A stretch of 49,028 nucleotides of DNA. Origin: Chiloscyllium plagiosum (taxonomy: Eukaryota). Below the pieces are notes generated by a model that saw only the letters and a program-made list of their open reading frames with translations, was not told the DNA's origin and made no database searches. Numbering within the stretch: the first letter of the stretch is position 1; each line of letters starts with the position of its first letter. A program made the translations under genes and the position numbers. Positions 33,854 through 45,791 of the stretch are shown here, in pieces. The stretch lies in contig NC_057754.1 of the NCBI RefSeq assembly GCF_004010195.1, positions 10,860,588 to 10,909,615 on the forward strand. Reading direction: 5' to 3'.

Positions 33854-34903
33854 ATGTCCAAACACCAGCGCAGTCACACTGTGGAGAGACTGTGGAAATG
33901 TGGGGATTGTGGGAAGGGATTTTTTTACCCATGCCAGCTGGAAATTCACCAACGCAGTCACACTGGGGAGAAGCCTTTCACCTGCTCTGATTGTGGGAAA
34001 AGATTCACTCGGTCATCTGACATGTTCAAACATCAGCGAGTTCACACAGGGGAAAGACCATTCACCTGCTCTGATTGTGGAAAAGGATTCAGTCAGTCAT
34101 CCGAACTGCTGAGACATCAACGAGTTCACACTGGGGAGAAACCATTCACCTGTTCTGAATGTGGAAAAGGATTCAGTCAGTCATCCAGTCTACTAGAACA
34201 CAAGCGATTTCACACTGGGGAGAGACCATTCACCTGTTCTGAATGTGGGAAAGGATTCACTCACTCATCTAACCTACTGATACACCAGCGAGTTCACACC
34301 GGGGAGAAACCGTTTATCTGTTCTGAGTGTGGGAAGGGATTCACTCGGTCATCAAGTCTGCTGATACATCAGCGAGTTCACACTGGGCAGAGCCCATTCA
34401 TATGTTCCGAATGTGGGAAAGTATTCACTTGCTCATCAAAACTGTTGACACACCAACGAATTCACACTGGAGAGAAACCATTTACCTGTTCTGACTGTGG
34501 GAAGGGATTTACTAGATCGTCCAGCCTGCTGATACATCAGCGAGTTCATACTGGAGAGCGACCATTCACTTGTTCTGAGTGTGGGAAAGCATTCACTCAG
34601 ACAACTCACCTGCTGATTCACCAGCGCGTTCACACTGGAGAAAAACCATTCATCTGCTGTGACTGTGGGAAGGGATTTGCTCGGTCATCTAACCTGCTGA
34701 TACATCAGCGAGTTCACTCTGGGGAGAGACCGTTCACCTGCTCTGATTGTGGGAAGCGATTCACTCATTCATCTAACCTGCTGATACACCAGCGAGTTCA
34801 TACTGGGGAGAAACCATTCACCTGTTCTGAGTGTGGAAAGAGATTCACTCGATCATCGAACCTGTTAACACACCAGCAAATTCACAAAGAACCACTGGCT
34901 TGA
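33854..34903 (+). CDS. Tandem C2H2 zinc-finger protein, 349 aa, 12 fingers, no recognisable effector domain
   Basis: Uninterrupted ORF with 12 CxxC-x12-HxxxH fingers and TGE(K/R)P linkers; acceptor TCTCAG|G at 33759/33760; ATTAAA at 34983. Confidence 0.92.
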   Translation: MSKHQRSHTVERLWKCGDCGKGFFYPCQLEIHQRSHTGEKPFTCSDCGKRFTRSSDMFKHQRVHTGERPFTCSDCGKGFSQSSELLRHQRVHTGEKPFTCSECGKGFSQSSSLLEHKRFHTGERPFTCSECGKGFTHSSNLLIHQRVHTGEKPFICSECGKGFTRSSSLLIHQRVHTGQSPFICSECGKVFTCSSKLLTHQRIHTGEKPFTCSDCGKGFTRSSSLLIHQRVHTGERPFTCSECGKAFTQTTHLLIHQRVHTGEKPFICCDCGKGFARSSNLLIHQRVHSGERPFTCSDCGKRFTHSSNLLIHQRVHTGEKPFTCSECGKRFTRSSNLLTHQQIHKEPLA

Positions 34904-35051
34904 AAGATTTTGCTCTGACTCACACCGAAGAACGAACTCTGGTCTTTAGGACATTTGTACTGATGTTATTAATCCTTGCTCAATTAAAGATGCTGAAAGT
35001 ACAGATAAATGTTCATAACAATTAGTGTAATGTAGGCTATGTGTCGGAAAA

Positions 35052-35255
35052 TGTGTTGTTGGAAAAACATAGCAGGTCAGGCATCATCCGAGGAGCAGGA
35101 GAATCGACGTTTCAGGCCAGAGCCCTTCATCAGGAATGATGCATGGCCCGAAATATCGATTCTCCTGCTCCTCAGATGCTGCTTGACTGCTGTGCTTTTC
35201 CAGCAACACATTCTCGACTCTGATCTCCAGCATCTGCAGACCTCGTTTTCTCCTG
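35052..35255. mobile_element. Palindromic Penelope-pLTR-derived mini-insertion
   Basis: Inverted arms; TSD TGTGTCGGAAAA at 35040-35051 and 35256-35267; hammerhead-like motif on the - strand at 35106-35133. Confidence 0.88.
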
Positions 35256-35869
35256 TGTGTCGGAAAAGACCACCATGCTGCTGTGTGTCAACGTGTGCAG
35301 ACTGGGTAAAGTGTATGAAAAAGGATTTCCTGGTTCATCAGGACTGGGTAATCACCTATGAGTTCCCAATTAACTGTAGGGATTGGTTCTTTGATGCTAC
35401 TGTTACCTATATCCTAACCAAGTTTTCTGTGCCTGCTTCTGATGATGTTTGTAAATATATGTCTGGTTACCTGTGTGCTAGAAAAGTGATATAAATCAGC
35501 TTTTTGTAAAAACTTGTGCATCGAGTCTTTATCTTATCTGTAAAGCAGACTCATTTATTTTGACAGGATCTCCATCTCTTCCATTGTCACCTGGAGTTTG
35601 AGTCACTCAGAGTGACTCAATCAGTCTGCTTTACATGAACGCATGCTGGAAATTAGAAACAAAAACAGAAATTGCTGGAAAAGCTCAATGGGTCAGGCAG
35701 CATCTGTGGTGAGAAATCAGAATTAACATATCAAGTCCAATGACCCCTTTCTGTGAGGGACCTGCTAAGCTTTCCTAGCAATTTCTGTTTTTGCTTCCTA
35801 TGAGAAGTTGGGAGATGGCACATCCAGAGTGAGGGAGAGCCCATAATGCTCCACCGCGCCTAAGGCCTA

Positions 35870-36190
35870 CAGTTCATAGAATCCCGACAGCATGGAACCC
35901 GGCCATTATGGTCCACATCGACTCTCCGGAGAGCAACTGAACCAGACCTCGTCCCCACCCTATTAGTCTACATTAACATTTAACTAATGCACCTAACCCA
36001 TATAGTCCTGGACATTACGGGCAAATTAGCATGGCCAATTCACCTAACCTGCTCATCTTTGGATTGTGGGAGAAAACTTGTGCACCTGGAGGAAACCCAC
36101 GCAGACATGGGAGAATGTCCAAACTCTCACATTGAACCTGGGTCCCTGGCACTCTGAGGCAACAGTGCTAACCACCGAGTCACCTGTGCT
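35870..36190 (-). mobile_element. Older HE1-type SINE
   Basis: Diverged reverse-complement match to the other SINE copies. Confidence 0.8.
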
Positions 36191-36289
36191 ACTGTTTTCC
36201 CATTTGTTGCAAACATAGGACTGGGAGTTTCTAATTTGCATCTAGCAGCCCACACTGGGTGTTTATAAAACCTCCCCGTCTAGACTGAC

Positions 36290-36470
36290 TCCTCTTCACT
36301 CTTAGACACTTGCTTTATATCTCTGCACAAATGGTCACGTGTCATTCCACTAGCCCTGCCCCTCATTCACTCCTATTTGTTGGAGGACCGGTTGCTCAGA
36401 CTTGGTCTGCCACCTGTGTCCACTCTCCTATTGCTCCATGAGCTGCCGGATCCCTTTGTGAGGTGAGTGA
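36290..36470. promoter_or_regulatory. CpG-decayed inverted paralog of the 30720-30900 promoter module
   Basis: GGTCACGTGT...CATTCACTCCTATTTGTTGGAGGACCGG...TTGGTCTGCCA aligns with the reverse complement of 30770-30852. Confidence 0.65.
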
Positions 36471-36616
36471 TGGGGTTCTTCCTCTCTCTGTCCTGGGATG
36501 ATCTGCTTCATTCACAATGAATGGTGCAGAATCATAGAGCAGAGGCTATTCCACCCATCGGGGGTGTACTCTTTCATTTGAGAAATGCTGCATATCTATC
36601 CCAACTTCACTGCTAT

Positions 36617-37428
36617 TGTTATGTCACAGTGTAAACCCCTCTGCTAGTTTAAACATGACACACAGGAGCTCACCTCGTGCCATAATCTGTTAAATTTTGA
36701 GAGGCAAAGAACTATCCCAGAGGTCACTATTTAAAATAAAAATTAACAATTTTATTCTTTACGTCCAACAGAGAACATTAAAACAATGGCTATTTACAAC
36801 TCCTTTCTCTTAAACCTATCTTTTACCTCCCACTCTACAATACTGGTCTGATAAATTCCCTCTTAAATTTACAGCACAATCAACTTCAAACCCAAGGATA
36901 GTCTTTGGATGTCGAACGTTCTCTGTAGATTCCTCTAGGTCGACTTCGGCGTTCTGCTGCACAAATTTCTTGTACACAGGTACCTTAGTGAGTTTTGAGA
37001 AGGTTTGTAGCTCAGGTTGAGGTTCTGAATGTAGGTTTGCTTGCTGAGCTGGAAGGTGCTGAGCAAATCTACAGGTACCTTTCCAAGAGCTATTCGACTA
37101 GCAGTCTGTTTGTTGGTGCTCGTTGCTGTTCTCCTCCAACTGTTCAGTGTGCAATTTTATATCCCAAAACATTGGATCATTTCATTGGTTTGATGTCATC
37201 CCAAACAGTAAAATTCAAATTTGATTGGATTTTGGTATCTGGGGCAAAATTTAAACTGATTTGAATTTGAATGTGAATGTTTCGTTTCATGGCAATTCAG
37301 GTGCACTATTGGTTTCACAGTTAAATGTTACATTTTAAATTCTTCAGCACTCCCTGTCAGTATGCAGTCTGTCCTTGCCAGCTTATCAACTCTCTTAAAG
37401 ATACAGTACACACCTACACTTCATAACA
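36617..37428. mobile_element. Probable solo LTR
   Basis: Perfect 7-bp terminal inverted repeat TGTTATG...CATAACA, the same end as the Gmr1-like 5' LTR; TSD not clean. Confidence 0.55.
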
Positions 37429-38176
37429 TATTTGCCCAGAGCCCTCCAAATCTGTGTCCCTTTTTCTAGTTCCCTGGGCTTCTTCCTTCATTGGTTCCCC
37501 ACTCATTAATCAGCTCATTTCTGAACTGCTTTCAGATCTGACAAAGGGTCACTGGACTGGACACTTTCTCTGTTTTTACATCACAGATGCTACCAGACCT
37601 GCAAGGTTTCTCCACTAATTTGTTTGTATTCGATCTCCAGCATCTGCAGTTCTTTGTATAACTTGACCCTGAAATCTTTCCTTAGTAAATTAAGTTCGAA
37701 ATCAGTATTAATACTGACAGCTTAATCTGTTTCTTTATCATTCAGTCTGTTCGTGATCCCCAGAACCCATTGAGTAAAATAATCTCCACATCTTCACCCT
37801 ACAATTATCTGAAAGCTAAATTCTGTGGTTACCAAACATTCTGCCAATGTAAATCATTTCTCCATTTCTGCAGGTGAAACCTTTGCTGCAGATTCACACT
37901 AAGTCTTGTACACCCATCACCATTCTATAATTTGAATGGAATAACAAGCTATCCAGTGAAACTAAACATAGAAAATAGAGTATAGAACAGTACAACACAA
38001 TGCAAGCTCTTCAGCCCTCAATGTTGTGCTGACCTTTTAACCTACTCGAATATCAAACTAATGTATGTACCTTCATTTTTACTTAAGTAAAATGTTCCTT
38101 AAGTTGGAAAGAATAAAGAAGTCACAAAGGGTAAGTCCCAGAGGAACCAAACAGTAATGATTCTAGCTAATACCTT

Positions 38177-38667
38177 GTTTAGATTAGATTACAGTGTGGA
38201 AACAGGTCCTTCGGCCCAACAAGTCCACACCGACCCGCTGAAGCGCAACCCACCCATACCCCTATATTTACCCCTTACCTAACACTATGGGCAATTTAAT
38301 ATGGCCAATTCACCTGACCTGCACATCTTTGGACTGTGGGAGGAAACCGGAGCACCCGGTTAGATTAGATTACATTACAGTGTGGAAACAGGCCCTTCGG
38401 CCCAACAAGTCCACACCGACCCGCAACCCACCCATACCCCTACATTTACCCCTTACCTAACACTATGGGCAATTTAATATGGCCAATTCACCTGACCTGC
38501 ACATCTTTGGACTGTGGGAGGAAACCGGAGCACCCGGAGGAAACCCATGCAGACACGGGGAGAACGTGCAAACTCCACACAGTCAGTCGCCTTGAGGTGG
38601 GAATTGAACCCGGGTCTCTGGCGCTGTGAGGCAGCAGTGCTAACCACTGGGCCACCGTGCCGCCCCC
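38177..38667 (-). mobile_element. HE1-type SINE with a tandem duplicate of its 3' half
   Basis: 38177-38358 repeats 38359-38537 nearly identically; the tRNA head is present only in the second copy. Confidence 0.92.
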
Positions 38668-39539
38668 ACCTGTTACTCACCTGTTTTGAAAACCCAGGAT
38701 CCAATTGCCCAGCTTTTGTCCTTTCCACAGGTTTTGCCTGACCCATTGCTGTTTCTCATGTTTGTGGTTTTTTTTGTGAATAAAAGTGGCAAAGAGTCAG
38801 AAATTATTCTGTCAAAGATTACATTAATTTTAATTACTATTAATTGCAATTTAGAGTGTGGAAAATCAGCAGCAGGTGTACACTTGGATTCCAATCCAAT
38901 TTTGAAGCCCGAGAGTTAATTTTGTTCATTCGTGTGATGTGGATGGTGCTGGTGACTCTCTGTTCAATTGCTTGTTCCATTGTTAGTTCCCCTGGAAAAT
39001 GTGATGGTGGGCTGCTTCCTAGACTGCGACAATTGTGGGGGAGTAGGGGTCAGCTGTGACCAGTTGAGCTCCACGGCTTTGCACACTGCTGCACATTGCC
39101 CTCGATAAAAATGGTGGCTGTGCAGTAGTCTCACAGAAAGCTGCTCCTATTAAAGATGGTGGCAATAATTGAGGCCTGTCAACTTTTCAAGGCCTGTAGT
39201 TGTGTTCCTGTTGTCGACAAATGTGGAACCAGAAGTTTATAATTTGTCTAGTGGCCTAAACTATTCAGCATATACTCTCTTGCTTTGTGAATCATCTTAA
39301 ATTGCATCACCTAAAACTTTTCAGAATTAAATTCCATTTGCCACTGTTCAGGTCATCACACCAGCTCAGCTATACCATCCTGTATTCTCCAGCTTTCCTA
39401 GCAGAACCCAGCTTACTGTTGTGTAAGTGCAACTTGACAGCACTATCTATGACATTTGATCAATGGGGCAGCAATTGGTCAGATTGGATTTGCCCTGTTT
39501 TCTGTTAGTTTTCCATTTGTTTGGGAAGATGTCATTGTT

Positions 39540-40140
39540 GTGACTGTACGAGATTACCACACTCCGTGAGTCAGGTTTACATTTTTGATTTGAAGATGAT
39601 GAGGATTTTGAGAAGACAAGGGGGTTTGAAACAGTGGCACGGACATAAATCTGATCAGAGAAACTCAAACATGGAGTTCTAGGAATGACAAGCAGGGATT
39701 CAGGAGGTGACCACACATTCAAGGACATTGGATGAAAAGGGTCATTGGAAATAGGGCAATCGTTTGCCGTAGAGGCATTGATATGGTTTTGAGAAAGAAT
39801 TGTTAATGGCACAGTTGAGGGGGAGAGAGGGAGAGAAAGGATTTGATGAGACACATCTATAATATCAGCAAACATGTGGAGGTGATGTGACTACTTACTG
39901 GGAATAGGTTGAGCAACAATTTAAAATATGGGGAGAAGAGAGAGAAGCTGAATAAACAGGTTTGGGACTCAAGAAAGGGGAGCTTTAGAAGCTTGTGAGC
40001 TAGTGGGAGAGAGGGAAGCAACAGAGATAGCTGATTAGATTGTCTCAATGTTAGTGACGAGGAAGCTACATGAGATCCTGCACTTCTTGCTGGAGGTGAT
40101 GGTGGAGGAGGCTGGGAGAAGAAGAGCATTTTGAAACACC
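39540..40140 (-). mobile_element. Ancient L2-like RT fragment
   Basis: NDCPISNDPFHPMSL resembles the NYRPISNLPFLSK motif; heavily decayed. Confidence 0.45.
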
Positions 40141-40776
40141 AGAAGCATTCGGAATAAGGTGGCTGAACTTGCAGCATAGGTTGGTACTTAAGATTTCGAT
40201 GTTGTGGCTATTTCGGAGACATGGGTAGAGCAGGGACTTGAATGGTTGTTGCAGGTTCTGGGATTTGAATATTTCAGTAAGAACAGGGAAGATGGTAAAA
40301 GAGGTGGCGGTGTGGCATTGTTAGTCAAGGACAGTATTACAGTTGCAGAAAGGACTTTAGAGAACTCGTCTACTGAGGTAGTATGGGCTGAGGTTAGAAA
40401 CAGGAAAGGACAGGTCACCCTGCTCGGAGTTTTCTATAGGCCTCCAAATAGTTCCAGAGATGTAAAGGAAAGGATAGCAAAGATGATTCCTGATAGGAGC
40501 GAGAGTGATAAGGTAGATGGAAAGGGGGATTTTAACTTTTCAAATGTTAACTGCGAATACTATAGTTCAAGTACTTTAGATGGTCCGTATTTGTCCAATG
40601 TGTGCAGGAGGGTTTCCTGACACAGTATGTAGATAGGCCAACAAGGGGCGAGGCCACATTCGATTTGGAATGGGGTAATGAACCCAGCCAGGTGTTAGAT
40701 GTAGAGGTAGGTGAGCACTTTGGTGATAGTGACCACAATTCTGTTATGTTTACTTTAGTTATGGAAAGGGATCGAT

Positions 40777-41125
40777 ATAGAACATAGAACATAGAACAAT
40801 ACAGCACAGAACAGGCCCTTCGGCCCACGATGTTGTGCCGAACTTCTAACCTAGATTAAGTACCCATCCATGTACCTATCCAAATGCCGCTTAAAGGTCG
40901 CCAATGATTCCGACTCTACCACTCCCACGGGCAGCGCATTCCATGCCCCCACCACTCTCTGGGTAAAGAACCCACCCCTGGCATCTCCCCTATACCTTCC
41001 ACCCTTCACCTTAAATTTATGTCCCCTTGTAACACTCTGTTGTACCCGGGGAAAAAGTTTCTGACTGTCTACTCTATCTATTCCTCTGATCATCTTATAA
41101 ACATCTTATGATCATCTTCCTCTCC
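40777..41125 (-). mobile_element. CR1 3' fragment of a different subfamily, nested
   Basis: (ATAGAAC)n tail; ORF 40851-41093 FFTQRVVGAWNALP. Confidence 0.88.
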
Positions 41126-41748
41126 AGATATACTGCAGAGGAAGAGTTATAGCTGGGGAAAAGGCAATTATGATGCGATTAGGCAAGATTTAGGATGCAT
41201 CGATTGGGGAAGGAAACTGCAGGGGATGGGCAGAACTGAAATGTGGAGCTTATTGAAGGAACAGCTACTGCAGGTACTTGATAAGTATGTACCTGTCAGG
41301 CAGGGGGGAAGTTGGTGAGCGTGGGAGCCATGGTTTACTAAGGAAGTTGAATCTCTTGTCAAGAGGAAGAAGAAGGCTTATGTTGGGATGAGACATGATC
41401 TCTCAGTTAGGGCGCTCGAGAGTTACGAGTTAGCCAGGAAAGACTTAAAGAGAAAGCTAAGAAGAGCCAGGCGGGGTTATGAGAAGTCATTGGCCGATAG
41501 GATCAAGAAAAATCCAAAGGCATTCTGTAGGAATATCAAGAATAAAAAAATGACTAGAATACGATTAGGGCCAATCAAGGATACTAGTGGGAAGTTGTGC
41601 GTGGCGTCAGAGGAGATGGGAAAGTGCTAAATTAATATTTTTTGTCGGTATTTACACTAGAAAAAGACAATGTTGTCGAGGAGAATACTGAGAGAGAGGC
41701 TACGAGACTAGATGGGATTGAGGTTCACAAGTAGGAGGGGTTAGCAAT

Positions 41749-42817
41749 TAGAGTCATAGAGATGTACAGCACGGAAAAAGACACTTCGGTCTAACCCATC
41801 CATGCCGACCAGATATCCCAATCCAATCTACTCCTACATGCCAGTACCTGGTCCATATCCATCCAAACCCTTCCTATTCATCCATGCCTTTTAAATGTTG
41901 CAAATATACTGGCCTCCACCACTTCCTCTGGCAGCCCATTCCACACATGCCCCACCCTCTGAGTGAAAAGGTTGCCTCTTAGGTCTCTTTTATATCTTTC
42001 CCCTCTCACCCTAAACGTATAGTTATGGACTCCCCCATCTCAGGGAAAAGACCTTGTCTATTTATCTTATCCATGCCCCTCATGATTTTATAAACCTCTA
42101 TAAGGTCACCCCTCAACCTCCAACGCTTCAGGGATAACAGCCCTAACCTATTCAACCTCTCCCTATAGTTCAAATCCTCCAACTCTGGAAACATCCTTGG
42201 AAATCTTTTCTGGACACTTTCAAGTTTCACAACATCGTTCCGATAGGAAGGAGACCAGAATTGCATGTGATATTCCAAAAGTGGCCTAACCAATGTCCTG
42301 CACAGCTGCAACATGACCTCCCAACTCCTGTACTCAATACTCTGACCAATTAAGGAGTGCATACCAAACGCTTTCTTAACTATCCACCTACCTGTGACTC
42401 TACTTTCAAGGAGCTAGGAACCTGCACTGCAAGGTCTCTTTGTTCAGCAACACTCCCTAGGACCTTACCATTAAGTGTATAAGTCCTGCTAAGGTTTGCT
42501 TTCCCAAAATGCAGCACCTCGCATTTATCTAAATTAAACTGCATCTGCCATTCCTCAGCCTATTGGCTCATCTGATCAAGATCCCGTTGAATCTGAGGTA
42601 ACCTTCTTCGCTATCCATTACACCTCCAATTTTGGTGTCATCTGCAAACATACGAACTGTACCTCTTAAGCTCACATCCAAATCATTTACATAAATGATG
42701 AAAAGTAATGGACCCAGCATGATCCTCCAATCTGAAAAACAACTCTCCACGATCATCCCCTGTCTTCTACCTTTGAGCTATTCTGTATCCAAATGGCTAG
42801 TTCTCCCTGTATTCCTT
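41749..42817 (-). mobile_element. CR1 3' fragment, nested
   Basis: LGPLLFIIYVNDLD, MFADDTKIGG and LLEYHMQFWSP. Confidence 0.9.
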
Positions 42818-43286
42818 AAGTTTGGAAAGTGTGAAAATCGATAAGTACCCTGGGCTGGATGGGATTTATCCTAGAATTCTCTGTGAAGCCCAGGAGGAGA
42901 TTACAGAGCCTTTGGCTTCGATCTCAATGTTGTTATTGTCTATAGGAATATTGCCAGAAGGATAGCAAATGTTGTTTCCTTGTTCAAGAAGGGGAGTTGA
43001 GACAACCCTGGCAATTATAGACCAGTGAGCCTTACGTTGGTTGTGGGTAAAGTGTTGGAAAAGTTATAAGAGAAAGGATTTTTAATCATCTGGAAAGGAA
43101 TAAATTGATTAGGGATAGTCAACACGGTTTTGTGAAGGGTAGGTCGTGCCTCACAAACCTTACTGAGTTCTTTGAGAAGGTGACCAAACAGGTGGATGAG
43201 GGTAAAGCGATTGATGTGGTGTATATGGATTTCAGGAAGGCATTTGATAAGGTTCCCCACAAAAATGGAAGCATGAATTTTTTTTA

Positions 43287-43580
43287 AGATTCGCTATTAT
43301 ATGGAAACAGGCCCTTCGGCCCAACAAATCCACACCAACCCTCCGAAGAGTAACCCACCCAGACCCTATATTCACCCCTGACTAATGGCCCGAACACTAT
43401 GGGCAATTTTGCATTGCCAATTCACCTGACCTGCACATCTTTGGATCATGGGAGGAAACCACCACACACACAGGGAGAATGTGCAAACTCCACACGGACA
43501 TTCGCCTGAGGCAGGAATCGAACCCTGGTCCCTAGTGCTGTGAGGCAGCAGTGCTAACCACTGAGCCACCATGCTGCCCC
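43287..43580 (-). mobile_element. HE1-type SINE, nested
   Basis: Reverse complement of GGGGCAGCATGGTGGCTCAGTGGTTAGCACTGCTGCC; B box GGTTCGATTCC. Confidence 0.9.
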
Positions 43581-44373
43581 AAAGTTGAAGGTGATTTAGA
43601 GATTTGGATCAGAAATTGGCTAGCTGAAAGAAGACAGAGGGTGGTGGTTTTTGGGAAATGTTCATCCTGGAGTTTAGTTATTAGTAGTGTACCGTAAGGA
43701 TCTGTTTTGGGTCCACTGCTGTTTGTCATTTTTATAAATGACCTGGATGAGGGCATAAAAGGATGGATTGCTAAGGTCGGTGGAGTTGTGGATAGTGCTG
43801 AAGGATGTTGTAGGTTACAGAGGGACATAGATAAGCTGCAGAGCTGGGCAGAGAGATGGCAAATGTAGTTTAATGTCGAAAAGTGTCAGGTTTTGGAAGG
43901 AGTAACAGGAACACAGAGTACTGGGCTAATGGTAAGATTCTTGGTAGTGTAGATGAGCAGAGAGATCTCGGTGTCCATGTATATAGATCCCTCAAAATTG
44001 CCACCCAGATTGATAAGGTTGTTAAGAAGGCATGCGGTGTGTTAACTTTTATTGGTCGAGGGATTGAGTTTTGGAACCATGAGGTCATGCTGCAGCTGTA
44101 CAAAACTCTGGTGCAGCCACATTTGGAGTATTGCGTATAGATCTAGTCATACTGCATTATAGGAAGGATGTGGAAGCTTTGGAAAGGGCTCAGAGGAGAT
44201 TTGCTAGGATGTTGCTTGGTATGGAAGGAAGGTCTTACGAGGAAAGGCTGAGGGACTTAAGGCTGTTTTTGTTTGACAGAAGAAGGTTGAGAGGTGATTT
44301 AATTGACACATATAAAATAATCAGAGGGTTAGATAGGGTGGACAGTGAGAGCCTTTTTCCTCGGATAGGGATG

Positions 44374-44509
44374 AAAATGTGTTGCTGGAAAAGCGCAACA
44401 GGTCAGGCAGCATCCAAGGAACAGGAGAATCGACGTTTCGGGCATGCTGCGCTTTTCCAGCAACACATTTTCAGCTCTGATCTCCAGCATCTGTAGCCCT
44501 CACTTTCTC
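44374..44509. mobile_element. Short palindromic Penelope-pLTR-derived insertion
   Basis: 16-bp TSD TCCTCGGATAGGGATG at 44358-44373 and 44510-44525. Confidence 0.88.
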
Positions 44510-45199
44510 TCCTCGGATAGGGATGGCTAGCATGAGGATGCATAGCTTTAAATTGAGGGGTGATAAATATAGGACAAATGTCAGAGGTAGATTCTTTACT
44601 CAGGGAGTATTAGTGGCATGGAACACACTGCCTGCAACAGTAATAGACTCACCAACTTTAAAGGCATTTAAAAGGTCGTTGGATATACTTGTGAACGGAA
44701 ATGGAATAGTATAGTTTAGATAGGCTTCAGATTGGTTTCACAGGCAAATCATCAAGGGCTGAAGGGCCAGTACTGCGCTGTAATGTTCTATGTTCTATGA
44801 AAGGAATTACCTTGTATTCGAAACATGAAAGACTTGACACGCTGTGTGTTTAACATCAGACTGACTTGCTTGATTTCTATCTCACAAATTAATAGGATAT
44901 AAAACTTGGCTGATGCTCATCAGAATTATTTGAAACAGTCGCCACTGAACACTGTTAACTGCTGGCCGTGATCAACAACAAAATCTAATCACGATCATTC
45001 CTGCTGAACTCTCTGATGTTTCTGCAGGCTAGATGACTAAGTAAATCCCTTCCCACTACAAACACACTGGATAAACGAACAACAATGATAAGAGGGACAG
45101 TGAATACAAGACTGAAGGTGTATGGAAAATAAGAACTTGAAAGCATGGGAAGAGTTAAAGCATGAAGACTACTGGCAATCTGTGGTCTGTGGAAGGCAG

Positions 45200-45791
45200 G
45201 ATGGGATAAGAATAGTGGAATGCTCTTACACCAATTAGCAGAGTAAGGTTAAGGCTGAAAGGTCACTATGGCGAGATGAGATAACACAAGTAATAAAGCA
45301 AGATTCTCTGTTAAGTGCTATTATGACAGGATTGGGACAATAAATATTTGGGACATGACATTAAAATATCTAATTAATAGTTAGTAGAGTCAGCTTGAGA
45401 CAGGAGACTATTGTAATAGATGGAATAGCTAAATATCTCTCATGACAGGTTAGTCTGAAATTGAAGATCACTGTAGCAGAGTTAGCAATAAATATCTAAC
45501 CATGACATTAGAATAAATTAAGTAGAATGTACAACTAAAGAGATAATGGAAACTAACATCACTGGTTTATTGTGTAGCTAGAGTGAGGTACTTTGATTAA
45601 TATAGTTGGACATGCTGATAACCTAACAGAAACATGATAAAACAAAGATATAAAAATCCACGTACCCTGAGGTTTGTGGGCATTCGAGAATCTGCTTTCT
45701 CAGTGTCACGGTTTTTTGTTTGCAAATAAAAGACCTTCTTCTTGAAGAACTCTCTGCGTCTCCTGGTGATTCTCTATATTTTCTCCACAAC
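45200..45791 (+). mobile_element. Possible LTR remnant (5' boundary unresolved)
   Basis: TATAAAAA at ~45648, AATAAA at ~45725, ends CCACAACA just before a CR1 endonuclease fragment. Confidence 0.35.

Larger units (their letters stand above)
40140..44800 (+). mobile_element. CR1 ORF2 (APE and RT) with 3' UTR and four nested insertions
   Basis: AISETW, GKRGGGVALLVK, GVFYRPPNS, GDSDHNSV, SQHGFVKGRSCLTNL and YMDFRKAFDKVPH; (TTCTATG)n tail; colinear with 11050-13817. Confidence 0.92.

Noticed and set aside
33771..34112. Alternative-frame ORF overlapping the ZF gene
   Set aside because: Typical shifted-frame read-through of ZF repeats, with a non-ATG start
35042..35565. Possible small solo LTR (TGTCGGAAAA...TTTTGACA)
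   Set aside because: Terminal match is imperfect and there is no TSD; it cannot be supported without other copies
39095..39175. AAAATGGTGGC and AAGATGGTGGC as YY1 sites of another promoter
   Set aside because: CpG-decayed, with no associated exon or ZF sequence found nearby; too weak to call
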